A stretch of 64,000 nucleotides of DNA from Balanoglossus misakiensis (taxonomy: Eukaryota > Animalia > Hemichordata), in contig CM082591.2 of the NCBI GenBank assembly GCA_040954595.2, positions 1,043,882 to 1,107,881 of the forward strand, given 5' to 3'. The translations under genes were made by a program, and so were the position numbers. The stretch's first letter is position 1. Each line of letters begins with the position of its first letter. Below, piece after piece: positions 36,758-48,321 of the stretch. The notes below the pieces were generated by a model, which searched no databases, was not told the DNA's origin, and saw only the letters and a list, made by a program, of their open reading frames with translations.

Positions 36758-39085
36758 AATGTGAAACCAGAAAGAAAAGAACTTACTATCCAAGAGAATT
36801 AAACATTTGAGAACACATCGCCGTTAACCTTCCATTATACCGGATGTTATTGTCATCCGCCATATTGGATGTCTATGACCTCTGACCCGGTGAAAGGTTC
36901 TGTTATCATAGCGCAGCCCGTTTGATATTAGAGCACTTTCCACAATTTTTTTGTGGGATGAATTCATGTAAACGGGGAACCTTCTATTCTGGTCTTTACA
37001 AATATAAGATATTCAGAATTTTCAGTTTTTGTACTCAAGACATGGCACAGGCGCTAATGAACCACCTACTAGTATATCAAGCAAAAGCTGGTAATCATCT
37101 TTCAAAATTTGGTATAATCATGTTGATTTATATTAATTTCGTTGCAGGTGAAAAGTTTGTATAAATTCAATAAGACTACAATTGTGTTGTTAACTGATAG
37201 GATACGTGTGAGTGAGAAAAACAGGAACTGGCTTTGTATCTTGTCGTTATTGCAGAGTGCGAATAGGCCTACGCAGTTTAGCTTTGACAGTAGTGAACGT
37301 AACGGTCGACCGTTTTCTGTGTCGACAGAGATGGCGTACTGTCAAGGAGATTAGGGTCGGGAGGGATTTATGCTTACTGCCAACACCGTTATGAGAAAAA
37401 TTTGTACAAGGTGTGTGAAGTTGAGTTTATGATTAACTCGGGCTATTCGTATGTAAACACAGTAAATGTACATTGCTATTACATGAAACATATATAACAT
37501 TTTGTTTTCAATATTAAGCATGAGATGTATTAAAACATAACCTTCAATTATTTACCAAGTTTCTGTGACTAAGTTATTCTTTGTAGTTTAGATACGACAG
37601 TGAGAACACTCATATACTCCCACACAAACATATTTCAAAGATGGCGTCATCGACGCTATCGTGGGCATATGATGGCGGATTGATACATTAAGGTTTTACA
37701 GTGAACAATGCAAAGAGTCAGCCCTATCCGTCTCTACGTAGGAATGGAACGCGATGGTTATCACTTCACCTGGTCAATGATTAACTTGAATACAATTACG
37801 TCGTGCAAAGTGGAGACTGGGCGGTTGGATATTTTTCATTCCATCTTGCCTCAGATATTTTCATATTTTTTATCACGGGAATTGAAGCACCGGAGGTAAG
37901 GTACTTTTTTATTTCACGTAACTTGATGGTGAAACTTTCAGGGCGAATAAAGTGCCACCGTCTGCAACCTGTTAGCATGAATGCCGACATATTACATATG
38001 CATTGTGTTAGGACGTCGACAGGGTTTTCATTATGGCGATATATATTTTGGTTCTGTTGACCGTCTTGCAATCCATTTTGCTTGACCGAATTTTTGTTTA
38101 GCGTTATTTCGCGACAATGACATCAAAATGGCGGTACTGGCTGAAAACAATATTGAGACATTAGCGCCAAATTTCCAAAGCAAACCGTCCATGTCTGAGG
38201 TCATGTAGCTGTCGGCCACTAGATTGAAACGGCCAGTTTAAAATTAACTATCCGCCATTTTATAAAACGCTTCGCATGCTTCAAGTTGTTGTAAAACTGC
38301 AGCTGCGGAAAGAAAGAAAATTGTCCCCGTCTTGAGGTAAGAGAACGCACTAAATGCATTGCTATTATAAAAGGGGGTATCACGCGACGGTGTTAAAAAT
38401 AATACAAACCTAAGCAAAGATTTATCAGTGTTTAAGTTACAAGTTATGTTTCCCGCTTTTATCGTATTTACAAAACTTTAATCAGATAAAGTAATTATAA
38501 TCGTGTGTACTAAATGGGACAGTTATTTTGGACTTGTAAGAAAACTGCAGGTAAAGTCAGATTATGGGTTAGTTTCAGTGATATTGCCATAATAAAAAAA
38601 TCAAGAATATTTTTATCCAATTAACACGTATCACCCAAAGAAAGGAATGTTGTAAAGATATTGAAAATATATAACAATTATTTGACGGGATCGCGTTAGA
38701 ATTTACATTATTGCTATTAAAAATAATTCATCTGCCGCATGTGTCGAAGTTTCTATCCATATCCAGAAGAACCTATAATGCGAGCACATTTATGGTTGAC
38801 CCGACGCCATTTTAGGTCAAGCTATTGTAACATCTTGCACAGACAGGAAAAGCTAAACTTCTCGACACATTTTACTGGTATACTTTGATCTACACTCACA
38901 CTTAATAATATTGTATATTTTCATCAAAATATTTTCCGTATTTTTTATTTTGGGGTATGTTTCCACTGAGAAGTTATCCGCTTAATTAAATATCATTAAC
39001 AGGTGTTGATGAGGGCATATGGTTAGTAATGTTACAGTGAGTTTTAGGCATCTCCTATTATTGTTACAGGTAGGATACTGGCGAC

Positions 39086-40087
39086 ATGACGTCAGCGACG
39101 GCAAATCGCTTAACCGGGGTGACGTTGTTCATCTTTGGGGTAATTTTTCTCGGTCTCGGTATCACGTTCACCGTTCTCGAATGCTACGGATTCCAGATCG
39201 GATTTCAACTTTGGGGAGCTCTTGTGGTAAGTCGTTAATATTCCAATGTTTATGACAAGACGTGTAGATGTCAACATAAATCTGTTTCTATGCTCTAAAA
39301 CAAATGCCTTTCACGTAACAGCGATCGTCGTTAACTAATCTCTAACCCTCAAAGCGAAAGAACGGTACAGTGTAATTATTGTCCAACTAATCAGTGATCT
39401 GAATTTATTATTTTGTGGTTTTCAGTTTTTAATTGCTGGCGTTTTTGGAGTCTTGGCTGATAACAAGAACAAGCGAGATCTGGTAAGTACTTAATCACAT
39501 ATTGTGATATTGATATACATCGTGCTCTTCACCACCCCTCCCGTTTTGAGAGGGGGGTCAGATCGACGGCCTACTCTCATACTCTTGCTACAGAATATAT
39601 CTATTCTCTTGTATCCCTTTTCAGGTTCACGGTTACACTATTTTCTGTGCATGTTGTATCATCGCTGCTATCATCCTCATCGTGGGTCTCATCCTTGCCA
39701 TTTGCAACGAATACTTCGGAGGATACTGCAGATGGTTTGATTGGTTCGCCATTGAAGGCTGCTCAGATCCGGTAAGTGGCGCTGAGCTGAGGTAGTTGTC
39801 TCCAGTCGCGAAGATTTATTCCGAATTCAATTTAAATTTTAAAAAAGTCAGATTAAGGTTGTTAGTGTACTTTTTAAATACTTTTGACTGTATACGGTTA
39901 TTCAGTTAACTAACCACTTGATTATTTTTGTTACTACAAGGTTGCTCGCATGGTCATTGACATCGTGTACCTATGCTTTGCATCAATTGGTGGAATCGTT
40001 GCCATTGGTTGCACGTATGTGGCCGCATGTGTGTCGAAAGAAGCGGAAGAAGACAGGAAACATAATCAAAAAGTCTACCAATATTAA
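39086..40087 (+). CDS. MS4A/CD20-like four-TM protein, paralogue D (~163 aa as assembled; C-terminus uncertain)
   Basis: Exons 39086-39226, 39426-39482, 39625-39771, 39941-40087. 'ECYGFQIGFQLWGALV|FLIAG'; loop 'YCRWFDWFAIEGCSDP'. Possible non-coding first exon ending at 38336, with TATAAAA at 38261. Confidence 0.8.
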
Positions 40088-43000
40088 TCAAAGGCAAGTT
40101 CCTTGTCATTGTTAAAAGACCTATCTTGAAATAAAATTATTGATATTAATGACCATACGAAAACAAAACTCTCAACTTTCAGTTGCCAATGTTGTGTGTC
40201 TGGTAGAGGAAAACTAATGCAATTTAACTTCCGTTTTTCATTTCAGAAATTTAGTGAATAAGCAACATTATGTCTACCAGTGACTGCCCCGACGCTTGGA
40301 TATTTGTTCGACACATCGAGTTCATTTTTTGAGAAGAAAATGACGCCAACCTTAAAGCTGTGTTGGACAGCGCCCCCAAAAACTGTACATTGATTTAGAG
40401 GAAGTAAAAACGCCCTCTATAGTAATCTCATATCGACACCCCCCCCCCCCCGTAATCTCATCTTCCCCCAGATTATAAATTAACTAAAAATAAGTTAGAG
40501 GCAGTAGATCTCGTTTTTGAACTTCTAAAGTTGTTTTTCACTGTATACTTTTGGAACAGCATTTTCATATTTTTATCTTGGAAACATTTTTGACTGAGAA
40601 GCTTATAGTTAGAGTAGAATAATGTTGAGAAAGTTTTTATATTAGAATGACCCATAGTATTATTTGGCCTTCGTGCTTTCTTATATTAGCTGTACTGGAA
40701 TAGGTTCCATTTTACATTAATTTCAATAACAGATTTTTGGTCATTAATACAGCATGTACTACAATTACAATTGAACTTTTCAAGAAAGCCCCTCCCCCAG
40801 TATTTTCACAAAACATTAGCAAAACATTTTTGGTTTTTAGAAATACCCGATTTCAACTCATTTTTGTGTTTTCTCATATTGTTTATAAGATTGCTAAGTT
40901 TCTTCAATTTGGCGAGTTTCACTAAAATACAAATTTGTAAATTTTCAATTAATGAATACGCTTTCTTCTGTAAAGATAACATTATTCTTTGAAACAATCA
41001 TGTTACACGCAACTGGTGAGGTTTTTAGCTACATTTTTTTTTTCTAATTTCAAACAGGTGATGGTGAATTACAAATTGTTAATTCTATTTTCAATCGTTT
41101 TATAAATAAAATACTTCTCTCTTTTACATTGTTATTGAATTTGATTTTCTCGATTTTCCTGTCAGTTAATTAATACACAGTACTATGACGAGTCTGACGT
41201 CAGGGTTAAGGGCATGACGTCACTTATATTTGACTTCAACTTGAGCAAGTCGGCCAGGGAGCGGACTTTTTCAAATTGCGCGTGCGCATTTCTGGCAGCA
41301 TTTCAAACTGCAGAGCAAGTAAGGGAAGCGACCGTACCCCTTCCGTGCCATCGTCAGGTGACACCGAGCGTTGCACAACAGATCACGATCACCAACCACA
41401 TTCCTAAATGTTTTGATAAGACTAATACCAACGGAAACACAGATAACGTACCACGCTGGGCGCGCTGTATTTGTCTCCATTAAATATTAAAAAGTTACGT
41501 TGCCAAGGCGATGGTTTAAAAGCATTTGATTTTGTTACATTTTTAACACTTATTGCAAGAAAAATTGGCGATTTTTCAAGATGTCAGGCTCAACTATATC
41601 TGCAAGTTACTAAAATCATGTACCCTACTTGAACGTATATTGCAATTAAATGTGACTGAAAAATTAAAAAATGTATATTTGTTTCAATAATTTCAAGATA
41701 CGTTGGTATCATAAAAACTAGGCTTCATTTTTTTCTTTTCTCCCTTTTCTGAAGATTTTATTTCCAAAGAAGGCATATTATTGGTACTTTTATTAATGAA
41801 AGGCCAACCATGTCGTATGCAGAAGCGACAAAATGTATTTGTGATATAATTGCGTACACGTTTGAACACACCATTTGTCACGAAATGGTACGGGGATCAT
41901 GTCTTGTCGTGGCCTATATTAAATTATTTTAAGACAAGACAAATCAGTACACGTGCGTACAACGTACACTTGTTAATTGTTAATTGTGCGCACCACGGTG
42001 TGTCTTGCGCCTCGCTGCTTCAAACTGATTACATATTAAACTCCAATGTAATCTAAAGTTTTGCATCTCCACGCAGTCGTTTCACAGAGCGAAATATTTT
42101 AATAAATCCATCATTATGGCTGCCTGACGTCTTTCATGGTCATTCTCGTAAAGAGGCAGTCACGAATCAAGGCCGTCCGTGTTGGCAAGGTTGCACAGGT
42201 GTCTGTATACCTGGTTGTCTGATGTTCATCTAAGACGGTGTGGGGGAGATTCACCTGAGACCAGGATCTTCTGTTTTGTCATCTGTACAACGCCTGTAAC
42301 TGTCAATGGCGGCGCTCACGGATGTCGTCTGCCTCGTCCTGTAAACTGGTTCAACCAAGGCGTGATAACTCCTGAACCTAACTCGTGCTGTCTCCGAACT
42401 CTTTCAATCATTACAATGTTGTAATTATATCGGTTATACAATCCGGCAAACTAAACAGGTCGATGTCTCAACTCACGTAAGATGCGACGCACCCATCGAG
42501 GGTTTGGGGGTTCGGTCTGCAGATGCATCAACGCGAACACCTCTCAAAACTTCAACACTGACGTCAAACTGGGTCCAATCACAGCATGATGTTCTTGAAG
42601 ACACTATTCGATGCGTAACACGGAAATCATCTCTCACAAAACGATAGGTCAATAGTTCGGGACGGACATCCTCGTCACAACTACAGTAAGTCTTATTGTC
42701 TTTTTCTGCCATTTTTCTTTTCATTTTTGATAAACCTACACTCGTTTGAGATAACAGCTACAGAAATGTATTTGTACATTGCAGAAGTGGCCTTATAGAT
42801 CCAGATGAATAACACAGGGGTCACACACGTTTACTTTGCTATAGAATTTTCTGGTATTAATTTGTGTCACGATTCATGTCAATAAAACGTCAAGAAAATT
42901 TATCACAGCGGGGTTATTGTTGAACTTATCACCGTCGGTGGTTGCTGGCGGTTTTATAACCAAATGTTAACAAGACCTACAGTGTAAAGTCCGCTTTTGG

Positions 43001-44048
43001 AGTTATTTTGAGTTCGTTGCATGTGGTCTGTGTGTTTTGAGCGCAATGGTTCGCTTTGGGCCTTCCGCTCGATTGACACATAGTGCTCATCTTTCGACGC
43101 GTTTGACACGCTGTACTCTTAGAAACTTCACTTCTAGAGACAGACAGACCAGATTCAGGGGGTAGAATGGACTAAAACGAAAGGTTCGTCTTCTAGAATG
43201 TTACTCTAACCATGTCGCTGAGTTTGTCGACGGTTTAACAAGACCTAAATCATCGTTTTATCAAATTAATACTCAACTCAGTACAGCTTTGCGTGTGTTG
43301 TCAAGTCAATTATTAACAGGTGGTGTCAATGCATTGAAATTGATGACCAAGGCTTACGCGTTATCACGTGACTTACAACATCTCCCTATGAAATCAACAA
43401 GATCATCGTAAACAAGAGTTGACAACAACTGTTCGTGTCATCTTTTTTCTTTTGAATTCTTGGTTAGGGTTTCTCAAAATACGCAACAAATTGATGTATT
43501 ATGTATACTTTCAAGTTTGCAATGACTTACTCGTTGTTATAACTACTTTAAGCAGGGTATAGTTTTGAAAGAAAGAAAGAAATTCTCCGTTTTTCACATA
43601 ATGCAGTGAATCAAGCGTGTTTTGATGAATTCCACCTCACCTAACATTTAAAAAGTCGACGAACTTTTTGATTCTGCAATCTGAAAATAATTTATTGTGT
43701 CAGCGATCTGCAGACAACCTTTTTATCATGTTTGTTATCTACTGGATTACACTAATGGTAAAAATCTGCCCATCGTTTAACCTTTCCACGTTTCTGAATA
43801 GGATACCGTCCCAACATTGAGGAACGCGACAAGAGTGATTGGCAAAAATGTGAATGCAGTTTCACAAAATTCAGTTCATTTATAATACTACTTCTAGTTG
43901 TGTTACTTGCAATTTATTTTCAGCTGAATGCTCATATTAACCTCAACATCTTGATTGTTACAATCTTATTATAACTTAACTTTTCTTTAACTACTTCAGG
44001 TTTCCGCTGTGCCCAAGTTATGACTGAGTTTCAGATGGTCATTACATA

Positions 44049-47000
44049 ATGTCGTCGGCAGCCACAATCATCGACCCGGCGCCTACGCCAGATTTGACGC
44101 GACGGATACGTCCGCGATCTCCAAGGAGATACAGCGAGAGTGAAATCCCCCCAAATGTGCCTGACAGTCTGTTTATGTACCTAGGGGGCGCTCACTTCAT
44201 CTCAGCTGCTTTGAGTATGATTTTGGGTGTCTTTTCAATGATACTCCGAAGTTATGGATTTTGGATTGGAACTGCTGTCTGGACCGGTATCATTGTGAGT
44301 ATATGAGAATAAATAAATAAGAATCTTAAGTGATATAAAATCGCCACATGAGTACAAATGGGCTACTCCTGAATGAACTATCATTTCTTTTTAACTTTCA
44401 GTTTTTCATCACTGGTTGCCTTGGTTATGGGGTTGGACACAACAGGAAAAACAGATATATGGTAAAACATATATTCATGAAGTCCTATGAATTAATTATA
44501 TTATTGATAATTAATAATCATGTAGCATGATCAGTAGACTTGCTCTAGAATGTCTGATTGCTCATTGCTGGAGTACGGTTTATAACCACAGGTCTGTACA
44601 CACCCCGACTCAAAATCGAATCATCTTGTCCATCAGGGTCATAGATACAACATGTCCACTAATGGTCTATTTTGTTCCATCTACAGGTTTTCAGTTTTAT
44701 CACCCTCTCTGCAATATCCATTATATTTGCTGTCATCTTGTTGGTTGACTCATCTATGGCCATAGCAGGGCTTAGCGATCCTTACGCTGTATGTTCAGAG
44801 GGAGGGACATCATCTGATTGCACAGACAACCCAGTTAGTACCACAATTCTACATACTCCCCTTTAGACAACAATTATTTAAAATCTGTAAACTATATATC
44901 AATTATACATTCTATGAATATAGAACCATAATGACTTGAAAAGACATGGGGCTTATATTAAAGAGACTTCAGTAATACACGTTGACGTATCTACAATCAA
45001 ATTTGACGTGTCTATACTATACCAGTATTTGATTTTGAGAATGATAAAGCTCTGTTTATGTGAACATCTACAGCTACTGGTCCTTACTTATGTCTTCTGT
45101 TTCTCTTTCCTAGACTGCTGTGTTGACAGTAAATATATTGCTAATAATAACTGCCACAATAGAGACAGGATTTTCCATTATATCCATTGTGTCATGCAGT
45201 TTCGCAATCAGATGGGACAAAGTCAGGGTTGGAATGTTACAAGGTGGACAGGTGAGTGATTGACAGTGAATTTTAACCCTTTCACTCCCGGTTTCCTCTT
45301 TAAAGGGCCAATCTTTCCATAATTGAACTGATCTTTGTCTTTATATTATTTATTCACTTGAAACTCATAACATGACAGATCCGTGTGTGTATTCTATTAA
45401 ATGTATCATTTCTAGCCTTCTTTCCCACAACAGGTGTATTTCATACCGGACAGCGAGTTGTCCAGATCCCGTGAAAGTAGTCTCACTCACCCAGTCCTTG
45501 TCACTCCTTTGCCCAACTACCACGAAGCGTTACGAATGAGTACTCGAAGACGGAGTTCAGATTTGCAATCACTTAGTGGAATGAGTGGTGAGTTTGCAGT
45601 GGACAATTAAGAATACATTTCATATCCAGTCAGGTTATCAATTTTATGTTCTGTGTATATGATATTAAACACATTTATAGATGTATCAGTATGTTGAAAT
45701 GCTCTGCACTTAGTGAATGCATCATTGGGAAACAAAAGGTACTAAGCCATGTGCTTTACATCTAAGCTGTGCTTAACACATGGTCCTTTAAGAAGGCTCA
45801 CATGTTCTTTATCATTCATTCACTTGAGTGTATCTGCTTGTTTTACAGTGCCACTAACACCTGCTGTAGACCGCGACTCACTCCGCCGTTACAGACTCTA
45901 CCAGGAATCTCAAAATCCCACCCGAGACCTAGTGGAATTGTCCGTCGGAGATCTCTCCACAGTCACTTCCATGACACAAAGGAGTAACTCATCGGGACAG
46001 ATTTCCATGCAAGGTCTGGAAAACCATAATACCATTGACATACTGCAAGGTGAACGAATGAGTGGTCAGCGGACACACATGCAGAGTCTTCCAGACTTGA
46101 CGCCCAGAGTCATAGATGAGAGTGACTTCGCTGTGATGCATCCAAGACTACCAAGCCTCATGGCATATCCTTACTACAGACGCTCCACAGACATGACCTT
46201 GCCCTATTCGCATCATCGTATAGAGGAAGCTTCGGAGGAGGATGATAATGAGAGTATCGAAGACGTCACTTTCAGGATTGTTCATGAACCGATGACGAGT
46301 GCGCATCAAGTCCCCAGTGTGGCCTTGCAGAGACAGGCTTGTGAAGAGATTCAGACGAACACAGAGGATACTGTGCAACACCCAAACAATTTACAATCTT
46401 GTGATCCAAGGACTTACAATATGACAAGGGTTCCCAAATGGGGCCCGGATAATGACCATGGGATTGAGGAACAAGAGAGTGGCAGACACAGTTCTCTGGA
46501 GTCTAACGGACAAGTTCCAAGGCTGCAACATGAGGCAGCACTAGTAGGGACCATGTGCAATCATGAACTTGACCGCAACCACCAAAATCAAGGAGAGAGG
46601 ACTCCTGGATGGATACATGATAATGACCATGGAAATACGGATGTTGAGAGAAATCAAGGTTCTTTCTCTTCAGTAGGGGAAGCAAAGACTTCACAAGTGG
46701 GCATTGAATGTGACACACTAAGTCAAAGCTTGGACTATGATCTTGGATCAGGTGGGAGTAGTCTTGACCCAGACAACCAAGAGCAATTTCGATCGGGCTA
46801 CATTGACAATCCAGAGCAACCTATTTCATCCGGATACCTGTCCGGGTCATCTCCAACACCTGATCAAACAGTGGAGGGATGCATATATCCAAATTCTTCC
46901 AATGGACCTCAGGGGACTTCAGATTCCTGTATGGAAGGACACCCAAGACGTCAAACCAGATCAGAGACAAGCAACCATTCAATACAAACACATAACGAAG

Positions 47001-47167
47001 ATTCACAAAGTGAAGACGAACAAGAAGCTACAATGCTTACGAACCAGAATATGTCCAGTTCAGAAGAACTACTTTCAGAACAAACCTGTCCAGAAAATTC
47101 TTTTTCACATCTATATAACAATACCTTCCATAATGTGGATGAATGGACGAATGAAATAAGTGTTTAA
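44049..47167 (+). CDS. MS4A/CD20-like four-TM protein, paralogue E (~690 aa; ~500-aa acidic disordered tail)
   Basis: Exons 44049-44294, 44402-44461, 44687-44833, 45114-45251, 45434(or 45416)-45587, 45849-47167. 'SYGFWIGTAVWTGII|FFITG'; loop 'VCSEGGTSSDCTDNP'. Confidence 0.83.
45273..45322 (-). mobile_element. Truncated copy of the TTAA MITE in an intron of MS4A-like E
   Basis: TTAACCCTTTCACTCCCGGTTTCCTCTTTAAAGGGCCAATCTTTCCATA matches one end of the element. Confidence 0.65.
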
Positions 47168-48321
47168 TTCACTTGTACGACTTCCAAATTTAAATTATTC
47201 AGTTTTTCATGATAGTATATATTTAACTAAAATTTACAAGGCCAAGACTTGTCTGATACAAGTCAATGTAGTCTGTTAAATGGACAAAGATTATAGTGTC
47301 AAGTAAGGTAAAGTGGTGTTGCATGTCACTTGTGCAATTTTCAGTTATTTTTTACGGCAGAGTGGGAACTCTAACGAACAATGCATTTTCATATAGTCTC
47401 TGAACTTACGGTTAAAATAGGAGTCTGAGAAAATCTATTTTCTCTAATATGTCATTGGACTTAAAAGACAATTGAAAATTGTCCTGGTTTTCACATAAAA
47501 CTACCAGTACATTTGCCGATAAACATATATTTACAATAGAAAAGGAATTTGGGTTTAGATTTAGTCCAATTTCGTGAATCCAAAGATGGTTGTAATTTTA
47601 CTAGATGGGGTCGGGTAAAATAAAAACGTATGTTCATATTGCAATTCAATATTAAAATCTCAAATTGTGCAAAGTCAGTTCCACTTTATGATTAACCTTC
47701 TGTGACCTTTGATGACCCAACATGAAATGAGACATTGACAAGAGAGGGCGCTATTGATATGGAAAGCGCCCTCTGGTATCAAATGTCTGTATCACCAAAC
47801 AGAAGCACATGAAAAAACGGAATCCACTATTCTGTAGCATAACTCCCAGATTTTGATAACTTTTCATATTTATTTGACAATATCAAAACTACAAAAAGTG
47901 GTCAGACTTAAATATTTGTAAAATTTTGTAATGACAAATAAAGTTATTCAGTACTCTACAAAATAGTACACAGTGAGACTTTCTGTTTTGTAAGATTTTA
48001 TTTGACGTGTGCAAAGTCATACGGGAATGTGTCAAAGATAGAGTCCAACATTAACTGTCAATTTTTATATAGTAAATCAAAACTTTATGGCAGTATAGGT
48101 AAGGTGTATGGTGTGATACCAGGGTGTTTAGTTTCTGTCCTCCAGTTGATTGTTCAGTGGTCTCACACAAGATTCTTCATGTCGATGTGTACAAAATATA
48201 ATATTTTTCCACACTGGAATCTGGTACTGCACTTATCACAAGTGATTCTGATTGCTTATTGCCTTCGCAATCTCAGACCATGCAGTATATAAGTACATCG
48301 TACACATTTCCCAGGTGTAAA

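Noticed and set aside
37630-38270. Cluster of (A)AGATGGCG / AAAATGGCG (YY1-like) motifs
   Set aside because: The motif is scattered throughout the window; no TIR, TSD or gene link found.
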